From Marsupella aquatica (taxonomy: Eukaryota > Plantae > Marchantiophyta), in the NCBI GenBank assembly GCA_973895155.1, contig OZ316896.1, positions 6,438,166-6,502,165 on the forward strand: DNA of 64,000 nt, read 5' to 3'. Positions 1-12,579 of this stretch are shown piece after piece. A model generated the notes under the pieces. That model was not told where the DNA came from and did no database searches. It was given only the letters and a program-made list of their open reading frames with translations. The position numbers and the translations under genes are program-made. Positions within the stretch are counted from its first letter, which is position 1; each line of letters begins with the position of its first letter.

Positions 1-2760
1 TTAAAAATATCCCATATCACTGTTTTGGGTGCAACAAAAAGGGACATCTTGCAAGAGAATGCAAGGAGGGGCAAGATGTCGTGGCTGAAGCAGATCAGGA
101 GAATAATGATGAGGACTTAGTGGGTACGCTTGAAGAACTAGATGTTGTTGCCGAAGGGGACCCGGAGGAGGTGTTGAGGATGCAACTTGCTATGAATTTG
201 CGAGTAAGAAAGGGAGCGGAGCTGGCAGCACCTAGAGGGGAAGATACGGTGACAGCTGATATAGTAGCTATTGAATTGCTGATGCATGAGCAAAGGAAGG
301 GCTTCCTCACCGCAGGAAATAAGAGAGAAAAAGTTGGATGAGGTGAGTGTGGAAGCAGAGGGCGAATGGGGCACATTGACCATGAAGGAGTTGGGGAGGC
401 CGGAGATGGTGGCTGATGAAATCAGAATTCTTTGGTGTCTGCAAGGCTTGATGCGGGGGCGCAGAGCTTTGAACCCTCTGGATCAAGGGTAGCCGATAAG
501 GATACCAAACAAGAGTTGACTCACTGAGTGGCAGCATGGAGCTGGAAGCATTATCTTATCATGGCGACACTGACATGGAAATGTCAGAGTATGAGGGTAT
601 GTAACTAGTAAAGGGAAAGAACATGCAAGAAAACTCTAAAAAACAAAGATCTTTGCAGTTCTCGCACAGGGGATTGTCTGATGTAGGGGAGGAATTTTGG
701 CTGGAAGCTGCTGCTAAGGGGACGGGAAAGACAATCAACATTGCTTCTGCACGTAGTGAGGATGGTTCGACTGAGCTGTTGAATTCTTCGTTGCTTATTG
801 TTGACTCTCAGATGGAGGAGACTGGAGAGATTGTCATTGCTACACCGCGGCGACGGAAGGGCGGGAGTGTGGGCTCCGGCACCTCCTCGGGGGGACGAGT
901 GAGGATATAGAAGCTGACAAACGGGGGGAGGGAGGATTAAGAGAATGACGGAAGATCTATCGAGGATAGCGTCCTGGAATGTATGTGGGCTATATGAACC
1001 CAATGGAAAGAATGTGGTGAAGAACTGGATCATAGCAGCAAGGAAGTAACAACTAAACATTTTGGCACTTCAAGAAATAAAGGCGGATAAGTTTAGACTA
1101 GATATGGCAATGAGAGTAATTCTGCCAACTTATCAGTCTATAGCATTGGCACCTGATGAAGGTCGTGGAGGCACAGCATTACTTATACATCTGGATTTAA
1201 GGCTAATCTCTTTTGGGGTGGCTGATTTAGGTAGAGCTGCAGTATGGGTCATGGTGGAATGTATGGACTGCAACTTTGAAATCCTGAGCGTGTATGCACC
1301 AAATTCTTCTTGTTTAAGAGCCATTCTGTGGCATGAACTTAAATTGCAGCTGCCCCAGGCCAGTTGGATGGTATGTGGAGACTTTAATATGACTAAAATC
1401 AGGGAGGACTCGACTGGTGATTTGCCACTGATTAAGGGCAGAGAAACAGAGTTCTGGCGGTTCCTAACTTTAGGTAAGATTTAATTTGGTTGATGCATTG
1501 CTAATCAAGGGGGAGATCACTGGTAAGAATGGAGGGTATGGTGGAGGCACTAGCAGCGGCATGGATAGAGGGTAAGGGGGACTGCACTGAACCGATTCTA
1601 GGCTTTGACAAGGCCAGTAGAAATATGAGGAGTAAATACATCGAGAAGCAAGCGACACCTAAGTAAGAAGGAGGAAGAAATGTTACTCTTAAGAAATCAA
1701 CTTAGAGTGCTAAAAATGCAATTTTGGACGAGTACACAGAAGAGGAGTTGAGAGACTACATAGACATGGCAGATCTGGAGGAGACACACAAAGGAAGAAG
1801 TTAGCAAGAATCAAGTGGTTGGGAGAGGGAGAGGAGCCTTCAAGATTTTATTTTGCAACTATTAAGGCCAAAAGAGAGAGGGAGGCTGCTATGAGGAGTC
1901 TAACAGTGGAAGGAGACAGAAGGCATGTAAGGAACTATATGCGCCAGCCCTATGGAGCCATCCAGGGGCGAGCGGATGGAAACTCTAAATCAGCAAAGTA
2001 GACTGTTGGCGCACACAAGGGGTGCTTTGTCAATTACTGAGATCCAAATGCTGGAAGGGCTGCCAACTAAGGAGGAAATTAAAGAAGTGATGTGGATGCT
2101 GCCCAAAGAACAAGGCCCCAGGTTTGGATGGGATGACGGTAGAGGTTTATCAGGCCTGTTGGGAGTTTATACATGATGACCTGGTAGCAATGGTACAGGA
2201 ATTTTGGCTTACGGGAAATTTAGTTGCTGGGATTAAAGAAGGAACGATTAAGTTTATTCCCAAGAAGCCAGATAAGAGATTGTTGAGAGACTGGCGGCCT
2301 CTAACTATGCTGAATATGGTATACAAGCTTATAGCCAAGTTACTGGCATTAAGGCTGATAAGAATTCTACCAAGAATTATTAGTCCTCAGCAAACAGGTT
2401 TATTCCGGGGAGGAACATACTTGAAAACATATCACTGGCTTGGCTGATGTTTGACTGGGTGAAAAACAGGAAAGTAGAATCACTTTTCTTAAAGCTGGAC
2501 TTTGAGAAGGCATTTGATAGGGTAGACCAGAGCTACATCTGGGAAACCGTGCACTTGTTGGGTATAAGTGGAATGTTTATTAAACTAGTGAACTAAGGCG
2601 CTACTGCAACAGGCATCCTCGAGGATTTATGTGAATGGACTGCTTTCCTCTGAGATTGGACTGCTTTCCTCTGAGATTGGACTGCTTTGGGGGGTTAGGC
2701 AAGGATGCCCTCTTTCACCACTATTATTTGTGATATCAACACAACCCTTAATGGACTCGA
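1..2760 (+). mobile_element. Decayed L1-like LINE retrotransposon (APE endonuclease + reverse transcriptase fragments)
   Basis: Endonuclease motifs SWNVCGL (~972), ALQEIK, SVYAPN and VCGDFN (ORF 1062-1484). RT motifs DGMTVEVY..W, WRPLTMLN..YKLIAKLLALRL (2124-2447), KLDFEKAFDRV (~2492) and GVRQGCPLSPLLF (~2692). Many stops and frameshifts. A 21-bp tandem duplication lies at ~2636-2687. Confidence 0.9.
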
Positions 2761-4596
2761 GGCGATCATTGGATCTTAAAAGGATGGACTAGATGATTTT
2801 GTGGATGGCATTTCACAGTTGGAAGAAAGTAAAATTTGGCAATCACTTATGCTTGTTTCAATAGCTCAGAAATTTTCTACTCTATTTAAGAGTATTCATA
2901 AAGATCAGGTAGGTCATAATAATCTAGAATATTTGGTCTGCATGTAGAACAATGTTAAGTTTCCTTTTCTCCAAAGGTATCTTCTTCCCGGCCAGGGATG
3001 TAAGAATGATAGGGCACATATTTTTTAAATGACAATAAAAGGTCATGGATCAAGAGTAGATTTACATTGGCAGATGAAGAAGGGGAGCCTCTTGAAGGAG
3101 CTTGGGTGAGCTTTGATGTGATGAATGATATCTAAAGAATGGAGCACTTTCAGTGCACACATTTATGACCATAACTACCAAGCTCTTTGTACAATATTTA
3201 CCTGTGAGCTCAAAGCCAAGGATGCGGAATCTCTTGAGAAAACCTGGAGGTTGACGATAGAGGTGGCTTTGGAGAACTGTTTAGAGGACATGGAAATTCA
3301 TGGATTTATGGGGATAATGCTCACGCAGGATGGATTGCGATCATGAATATTGTCTTTGATGGTCATCCAAATCTAGAGAATGAGAGATCTTACGCATTCC
3401 ATTTTTACCAATCTTTGCATTGCCACTCCATCAAACGAGTATTGGAAGAGAAGCACGTTGAGCATCGAATCCTTTGGGACAAGTTACAAAGTGAAGCGCC
3501 TCGACATTTGTTGAAGCTTACAGGATTTCCCAAGAGGGTGACTTATGGTGGAGATCAGGAAATTGTATTCTAGGGAAGCTTCAAATGTTGCAAGGATGGA
3601 TCGCTTGGTGGGTTGTAACGTGGCATCAGTGGGGGAATTTTCATACATCTGGTGATTACATCTAAACTAGCACTTGGCGCTATTAGTATTAGCCCGATTA
3701 TTAGTAGTCTTCTCGTGGTCCAGTTCTTAAGGTGTTTTTGGCGAGCACCGAACGCTACTATTGATACACAAGGGTACTCATCATCAATAGCATTATGACA
3801 TAATAATTTGTTTCATACATACCCTACAATCTCATTGAATTGCAATTATCACTTTTGATATTACAAATGTGGTAATGAATCTCACTTAATCTTATCCTTT
3901 CTCGTAAAGCAAAAGTGCAAAGGGGCCCGGATGATTCATGGCATACTGAAAGATTGGCAAAGGAAGAAAATAGTTGGTTTGTTTGAAGGTTGTAAGACTG
4001 ACCACAACCAAGCAATCTCACAAATTGCAGCCTACACCCCGTATCGTGAAGGGCTCCATTAATAGAGGTACTCGTCCAATCGTGTTTGAATTGGCTTTTT
4101 GCTTGGCTGACCAGGCAGGGTCCCCAAGATTATTCGAAGAAGCTTCTAATATGCTACTCTCAAATGAAACAAAAGTTGACTTGGAGAGGGACTCTCCATT
4201 GAATGGAGATTTTGTAACTAAATTTGTGAAAAGAAAAGGTTTGGTGACAGGGAATGTCTTTGCACAAGACTCCCATTGACATGACACAATTTTGATAACA
4301 ACGCCAAATACCCAAGGGTACGTTGAAGCAAAGGAACTTAAACTCAATTGAGTTTGGGCACATTCCTCCCTTTGCACACATGATTTGTCTGGAAGTGAGA
4401 ACTCTAATGGCATAAAGGAGGATCCACCTTTCCGTTGACAACACAATCATCCGCCGGTCCAAAAAGCACTCCAAACACCACTCCACCCATTCTCCAAGAC
4501 ACGTCGCTATATGAGGTGGATGTTGCACCCACATCTTGGCATCTTCATCAAATTTCAAGACATGGGGCGAGACCACAATGCAACCGGACATTTTCT
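2761..4596 (+). pseudogene. Mutator-like (MULE) transposase remnant, family copy 1
   Basis: Translates to FLQRYLLPGQG..DRAHIF, GAWVSFDV, WSTFSAHIYDHNYQALCTIFTCELK, HGFMG/ADN, AFHFYQSLH and ADQAGSPRLFE. Collinear with the transposase at 19300-19424 + 41145-42750, including the intron after WGNF. Confidence 0.85.
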
Positions 4597-7500
4597 GTTA
4601 ACACTTTGGCTCTTTGACACTTAGAATAGTTTTCTATTTTTGAAACTTTATACTAGATTGACATCTTTTGGTATTTTATTAGTAGACCTAGGTTAGTCCA
4701 AAAAGTTGCCAAAGTAGAGATTATATGTATTAAATGAGCTGGAAAACTTTCAACACTTTTGGAGTTTAGGTTAGGGAGTTAAAGATTGTCAAAGTTAGGG
4801 GTTTAGTCAAAACTGAGTCTACAATGGGGGTAATCAAATATAGTTGGAAAACAGATGACCGGGGCAATCTAAAATTGGTCAAGGTACTCTAAAAGCAATT
4901 GGGTACTCTAATGTGGACGAGGGTAATCAAAGGAGCAAAGAAAATATGAAGAGTTACTCTGTTGGTGATTAACCTGATTGAGGCATGGAATTAGGTAGGG
5001 ATGAAGACTCAACCCACCATTAATTGGTGAGATATGGTGGTTGGGAAATTCACTTATTGCAAGGAGCGTGGTTGAAGATGCAGGTCAAATTGAAGGTGAT
5101 AATGTCAATATCACAAGTCATTGAAGTGAAAATTGCGGAAAACTTGTGGTAGGAAAACTCAGCAACATCATAAATTTTCCAATGCCACATTTGTTCAACC
5201 AAACTAGTTGATGTTTTTGGGGGAATTAGAAGGGAAATAGACGCACCTTCTAGAAAATTTATGAGCACCAACCTCAAGGTTTGGTTGGTGAAAGAAAAAT
5301 CAGACGGTGAAGGGTGGTATGCAGTTGTCCATCTTTCTCTGTGAATCTGATTCCATACATTCAAACACACAAATGCTATTGTAGTCAATTTATTGGTGAA
5401 AAGATGATAGTTGAATAGTTGTGATTACAAAGCACATGATGTAGAAGATAGTAGTGTGGAACTCAAAGGCAGGTCAAAGTGGAAATAGGAAATCATTCAA
5501 GTTGCAAGTCTCAAAAACTCAAAATTGCAGAATGATGAAGTAGAGAAAATTAACGACAATAGATATTTTGTGGTGCCACATTTGCTCAACCAAATTGGCT
5601 GATTTATTCTTGGGAGTTAAAAGGGAAGTAAACGCACCTTCTGGAAAATTATGAAAATCAACCAAGACCCAATTGGCGATAGAAAAATCAGACGGTGGAG
5701 GGGGGTATACAACTTCCGAATTTTCTTTGCAAATTCAATTATATGATCTGAAGCACGTGGACCAGAGTTGAATGGAAGTAGGAGGTTGATTATGAGCTAG
5801 TAAGAGAGGAGAATACTCAGTTGATGGTGACGACTAGATTGGAGTTAGTGAATTGGAGTGGTCAAAAATTATTTAAGTATTGTAGTTTTTTGTGTTGGGA
5901 GATAGATGTCTTGCTGCTTAGTAGAAGCTTTCCCCAAGTCGAGTGGAAACTAATACCAGGAAGCATATGCTGCCAATGTTGGATAGGAGGAGAAGAAAGG
6001 GTATGTAGAAGGGCCCTAGACTGAGGTCCCACTTGTACTAGAGTTTTTATGATGTTACATAAAGCTGCCCTTTTGTTGGCCTTTTTCTTTACTATGAGTC
6101 TACCTTTGTAGTTGGCTGAGAATTGAACTTTAGAAGGGTTGAGTACTAGGATGCTACCTCATGCTTAGTCTGACTGATTTTGGAGGTTTAGTACCTTGTC
6201 CGTTGTGTGTTTTGTTGTTCAATTTCATTATTCTGTCGGCTAGAGTTACCCAAAGGAGTGATACTCTGAATTTTTAGAGCCGGAAGGTGATATTTGACCA
6301 GGGACTGCTAAAATTTGGTGCATGAGATTGTGTTGTACCCAATACCTATAGGCTCAGCCCATAGTTCCATTCTACAAACCAATTTATGAAAAGAGTGTCA
6401 GCATAACCGAGAGCATAACATTGACATTAGTTTATATGGTACATATCCAACTGAGTTTTCTCAGTGAGCTATTGGTTTGTTATTTGAATTTGATTAGCTA
6501 GAAATTGTGTCACAATTTTAGGTGTTCTCTAGTCCAACCAGTATACTATCGTGGTGGGTAACTCATAGGTAGCACACAACCCAAACAAAATATCTCTATT
6601 TTTACCAGTTCATTCTCATGGAAGAACTTAGGATGGGACCACAAGCAAAAGATGGATAAAAATACTTCTTAGAACCAACAAAACCCCACCTCTATCTTAC
6701 AAGAGGCTGAAGAGCTTTCTCCACTTCGACCAACAAACTACAACGATAAAAACAACAAGATCTAACTCTCCATCAAGACTCCCTTGTGAGAGTGCAAGCT
6801 TTACTAATGTGCTTCAAATAGGGCGGTCAGGGAAAACCTGCAAGCAATTCCTTACTAAAAGCTCACAACTAGACACCAAGGTACTATAAGGATTGCCAAT
6901 ATGATACCAACGTATATTGCCCAAACCAGAAAAAACCTGAAATCACAACACAATCTCTAGTTGATCTTACATTCCACCAACAAACCAACAATGCATTGAG
7001 AAAATTATGCTAGGTACCACATAAGCTCTTGTTGCCATGATGCTATAACTCTTGCTCTTAATCAATTTGTGGAATGGAACTAGGGGCTAAGCCCATAGGT
7101 ATCAATCTATTCATTAAAAGTGAATTATTATTCAATTTGTAAACATTTGGGCAATAGAAAGTGTACATTTGGCTTTCAAAAAGTGTACATTTGGGCAAGA
7201 AATAAAGGTGATGGCCATCAGACATACCACCATGTTTATCTTTTATAAATGAACTAGGATGAGACTCCTTCTAGTAAAGATCATTTTTTCTCCCTCAAGT
7301 TTACAATTGACTATTTAAGTGTAGAGTATTGTACTATAGTATACCTTTTGGGGTTAAAAAGTGTACATTTAGAGACCAAAAAGTGTACATTTCAAGGCCT
7401 AAAAGTGAACAAAATAAAATACCTTTTAATGAATAGGGTGATAGGTCCAAATTACACTACAATCTTCAAGCAACAACCTTCAATATTCCTTGATCAGATT

Positions 7501-9335
7501 GGTACTTATGGACACCTCCAAGCTCTAAGAATTCAAAGTGTCACACCATGGGGACACTTACTAACTTTGGCCAGTAGAACATCCAGGTGAAGGACATCTA
7601 GGTACTCATCCCTCCTTAAGCTGAATTCTCAGCCAGCTACAGAATTAGAATCATAGCAAAGGAGAATGTCAATAAAACGCAACTTTATTTCACATCATAA
7701 AGTTTTGGTACAAGTGGGACTTCAGTTCACAGCCCTTTTACACACACTCCTCTACTATTATCCAATACTAGGAGCATATGCTTTTTGGTCTTAGATTTCA
7801 CTCCACTTGGTAGAGTTCCACTAAGCAACAAGACATCTGTCCCCCAACACAAGAAATTTGTACAATACTTGAATACTTTTCAGCCACTCCAATCCAATCC
7901 TCACCATGAGCTGAGTATTATTCTCTTTTACTAACTCCTAATCAACCTCCTACTTTCATTTCACTTTGGTCCACGTGCTTCAAATCATAGAATCAAATTT
8001 GCAAAGAAAAATTGGAAGCTACAGACCTGCCTCCACCATCCAATTTCTCTCTCACCAACCAACCCTTGTTTGGTGCTCATGCTTTGCTAGAAGGTGTGCC
8101 TACTTCCCTTCTAATTTCACAAAATAAATCAACCAATTTGGTTATGCAAATGTGGCGCCAAAATATATCTACCATTACTGATTTTCTCTACTTCATCATC
8201 TTGCAAATTTTAATTTTGACGACTGTGACTTTCCTAACTCCACTTTGACCTGCCCTTCCATACCACCATCTTCTGCATCATGCATTTCACAATCACAACT
8301 ACTCAATCACCATCTTTTTACCAATCAATGGATTGTAGTAGCATTCATATGCTTGAATATGTGAAATCAAATTTGCAACAAAAAATAGAAAGGCACATAC
8401 CCCCTACACCATCTAATTTTTCTCTCATCAACCAGACCTTGATTGGTGCTCATACTTTGCCAAAAGATGCGCCTACTTCCTTTCTAACTCCAAAAAAAAT
8501 ATCAGCCAATTTGGTCAAGCAATTGTGGTGCCAAATTTTTTTGGTGTGACTTAGTTTTCTTACCATGAGTTTTCCACGATTTCCACTTCAACGACTTGTG
8601 ATGTTGACATTGTCACCTTCAATTGATTACCTTCAATCACATTATACATTAAAGTGAGTTCTCTTAGCATATTTCTTCCACGTAGATTTGTCTTCAAGCA
8701 CGCTCCTTGCAATCAGTTAATTTCTCAACCACCATACCTCACCAATCCATGGTGGGTTGAGTCTTCATTCATACCTAATTCCATGTCTCAATCAGGCTGA
8801 TCACCAACAGAGTAATTCTCTATATAATTTCTTTACTCTTTTGATTACTCTCTGCCTATTTTGTCCTTCTTTTGAATACCTTTGATGTTTTTAGAGTATC
8901 CCAACATAATAGAATACCTTGGGAAATTTTAGATTATCCTAGGTGTCATTTTCTGTGTGTATATGATTACCTTCATTCACATCAAAGTACCCTAGTTGAT
9001 TTTAGAGTACCCTGTCCAACTTTAGCTTACACTAGCCAATTTTAGATTACCCCGGTGATCTATTTTCTGACTATATTTGATTATCCTTGTCGTAGACGTA
9101 GTTTTGACTAAACCCTTAACTTTGGTAATTTTTTAACTCCCTAACCTGAACTCCAAAAGTGCTGAAATTTTTCCAGCTTCTTAATTTTGCTACATATAAT
9201 CTCTACTTTGACAACTTTTCATACCTTTTAGACTAATCCAGTCTACTGATAAAATACCCCAAGACGCCAATATAGTATAAAGTTGCAAAGATAAACAAAA
9301 AACTAGTCTAAGTGTCAAAGAGCCAAAGTGTTAAC
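4597..9335. repeat. Large diverged inverted repeat (arms ~4597-6440 and ~7030-9335)
   Basis: gttaacactttggctctttgacacttaga at 4597 is the reverse complement of tctaagtgtcaaagagccaaagtgttaac ending at 9335. Blocks match in inverted order throughout (e.g. ~5050 vs ~8700, ~6020 vs ~7710, ~6345 vs ~7085). No TSD seen. Confidence 0.85.
7103..7440. mobile_element. hAT-like MITE, 338 bp
   Basis: TIRs caatctattcattaaaag / cttttaatgaatagggtg (CA...TG ends). Imperfect 8-bp TSD ataggtat (7095-7102) / ataggtcc (7441-7448). Four internal aaagtgtacattt repeats. Absent at the matching position of the other inverted-repeat arm. Confidence 0.75.
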
Positions 9336-9739
9336 TTGCAAGATGAGAATGACCCTAACTTCCGAACTACATGTTTATTTTGCCTGAAATTTTTAGACTA
9401 GATTTCTCTATCTAAAAATTTATGTACTCACTGAAAATTCAGAGTTTTTCATGACCTACAAAGATTTGATTAAAATGCCGCCAAAGGGCAATTGCCACTT
9501 TACCTTAAATCCATCACTATTAACTTCTCACTCAATCTTCTAGGGACAAAGTTGACTAAGGCCTAAAGACTTACATTACACTAGAATTACACACAAAGAG
9601 GTAGCTATAATTCTTAATAAGCTCAAAAAATTAACTAACGGCCATGTGTGACACCTTTAAGGGAGCGCACATATACCCTGCCATCATGTTTGGTGGTTCC
9701 TTATGAAGGCCTCAATATCTCTAGCTATGAGCTTTTAGT

Positions 9740-10040
9740 GGGAGGTTTCCTTGCAGGTTTTCCCTGGCTTGCCTATTAAAGCACTTAGTAAAATTTGGCA
9801 CTCTCACAAGGAGAGAGTTCTTGTGGAGAGGTGTGTTTTGTTGTCATTGTAGTACACTTGTTTGAAGTGGAGAAAGCTCTTCGACCTCTTGTAAAATAGA
9901 GGTGGGGTTTTGTTGGTTCTAAGAAGTATTTTTATCCATCTTTTGCTTGCGGTCCCACCCTATCCTCTTTCATGGGAACAAATTGGTAGAAATAGAGATA
10001 TTTTGCTTGAGTTGTGTGCTACCAAGGAGTTACCCACCAC
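9740..10040. repeat. Inverted copy of the 6550-6850 segment
   Basis: e.g. aagcaaaagatggataaaaatacttcttagaaccaacaaaaccccacctctat (~6642) is the reverse complement of the sequence at ~9896-9948. Confidence 0.85.
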
Positions 10041-11596
10041 AACACCAACTATGGAACCAAGGCGTAGCCGAAGTTGAGGGAAGATCAACAATAGATAACA
10101 AAGTAGATTAGAGTACGACATAACCTATTTGCACATCCTAATCAACAAGTGATTAGGTGGGGACTTTGACATGGGGTAAGGACCAGGCCAGGCCAACGCT
10201 GGTTATTGTTCACTCTTGTTTTTTTGCACAATCAACTCATGAAAGAACGTAGGAATCAACTATCAGCTGGGCAGCAAGTGTATCAAGGGGAAGGATTGCG
10301 GAGGCTTAAGTGTTGATTGCAGCGAAGGAATGAACACCGTCAATCAGACAGGCAAGTTTTGGGGTATTTTTCTCAAAGAAGCACGTAAGCTTCATTTTGA
10401 CTTACAAGAACAAAGACCCAAAGAGAGAAGCCAGAGAGCGGGCGGAGCTGGCCAGACTGTGGAGCATCCATAAGGTGGCATTTGTGGGAGAGGACAAGGT
10501 GTTGAAGAAGTTTTTGTGGACACCAACAAGTGTTGAGCTTGACAATTGTTGATCAAGGACAATTGGGTTGTTGGGATTAGGGAAGCTATTAAGAGTTGGC
10601 TTGGAGTAAGGCAACCATTCTTGGAAAAACCTTGGAGACATACCATAGACATGAAGCGCAAGGGGACTTCTGTGGCAGCTACACCAACTATGCTGACCAA
10701 GTCTAATAAGCAAGCTAAGGCCAATGCCATATCAGTTTGGGATAGAGCGGTGGAAGATAAGTATTTGGCAGGTTGGGCAGGTAGAATACCTCTTGATTTA
10801 CAACTACAATCTGCAAGGGACAAGATGATGTCTTTGCGGCTATTCAGGATATTAAGTACTCTGGGTACATGTGCAGGCTTCAAGGGATTTGTCAGACTAC
10901 CATCTCCATCAATTGACCTGATATAAGTTGTCACCTCATCTTAGAGAGGCCGCCAAGTTGTGGCGCCAAAAAAAAGGTGTGAATTTATTAAAAAAAAAAT
11001 CTTAAAATTTGAGGGAGAAAAAAAACTTTGGTGTCCGTATTGTACGGACACCCCATCTTGGCGAGGCCGGCTGAGATGGCCAGGTGTTTTGCCGGAAAAA
11101 ATTTTCCCAACTTTTTTTTCAAGAATTTTTCAAAGTTTTTTTTTAATAATTTTGTTTTGGTCCGTTCGCCCATCTCGGCGAGGTCAGCTGAGATTGACTC
11201 AATCTCAGCTGCCCAGCTAAGATACGCAGAGGTGCAAAGGCCTCATTTCAACTACTCAACTAAGATTCAGAAATTTAAAGGTGGCAAACCTGATAACTGA
11301 TATTAGTGGTTGATATTAGTTATCAGTCATTGATAATTGATGATGTTGTGTACCCCAAACTACCATGGCGGTTGGTAGATATACGAGACAAAGACCTTTT
11401 AGACTTTGTCGGTTGTTGCGAGGCCTCTTCCAACACAATGTTGTTGTATGGAAAGGTGTTGAAATTATCACTGGGCACTTATCAAAGTGGTCTCTGCCTT
11501 ACCAATGGGAAAGAAGACTAAGGTGAGTAGAGGAAGACACTCCCGGATAATCACCTTAGATCGTTCCTAGGGCCGTAGACCAAGAATGGGTTCTTC

Positions 11597-12323
11597 ATGA
11601 ATCAATGTATCAACCTGCATATAGGCCAGCTGGTCAATTTCCTAAGGATTACATTGCATATTACGCTGCCGAGAGCAGAGATCAGCAAGGCACAGGTTTT
11701 TCTTGTCAAAAAGGTGGATGCAAGTTGGGATCACAATGGCTATCTCTTAATGCAATTGAAGAAGGCATTAAGCAAAGAAAAGCAAAGATCCAAAATTACC
11801 ACCAGCAAGTTGAAAAGCTCAAGACTATAAGTCAGGACCAACTCAACCATTTCAATAGGGCCTTAGCTGATGCCAAGAAGAAATAGATAATCTCCTTGAT
11901 CATTTGGAGACCGCCAAAGAAAAACATGATACTAAGAGTGTCAACATGATGAGCAAGTCATATAACCGAATACAACGGTTCAAGAGGACTCAACACCAAA
12001 CAGATCTGGAAAAGTTGAAGGCCAAGAATGTTGTTGAGCTAGCCAAGTTAATTCACATCAATGACCTTCAAAAGGCAGCAATGGGTAAGCAGAAATTTGA
12101 CATCAAGAATATCCTCAATGAGGAATTAAAAGCCAAAGAGGAGGTTATTTGGCTTACTGATGAGGTGGAGGAGTTATCTGGAGAGTTGGATGAGACCAAG
12201 GAGAGAATGGTGGGTTTGCACAAGTGGGCTGACAACCAAACGGAGAAACTTAGGAAGTGTATCAAAGCAGGTCAAGGATCACCAACTAGAAAGTCAATAT
12301 TTGGGGGTAAGTTAGCCAAGTAG
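11597..12323 (+). pseudogene. Decayed coiled-coil ORF, probably TE-associated
   Basis: Consecutive K/E-rich heptad-like ORF pieces (11605-11886, 11904-12323) separated by a stop. No recognisable catalytic motif. Confidence 0.35.
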
Positions 12324-12579
12324 ACACCAAAGCCAAAGCCAAGCCTGATGCCAATGATTGAAACCAAGGGGAAGACAATTTAGATAATGGTGGATTTGAT
12401 CAAGACAAACCAGAAGCCGGTGGTATCTTGGTCCCGACGAGGTGTTTACAAAAGGCAGGAAAATAGGAAACAGGCATTCATAACAGAAACTGGTAACAGG
12501 GAAAAAGACTGGTAACAGGAAAATTGATGGCTCTTTCCTGCATGTTTTTCTGCAAAGTTACTTTTGAAAAAAATTTCTG

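Noticed and set aside
10392-10934. 180-aa (-) and 126-aa (+) ORFs
   Set aside because: No recognisable motif or splice support; probably decayed TE sequence.
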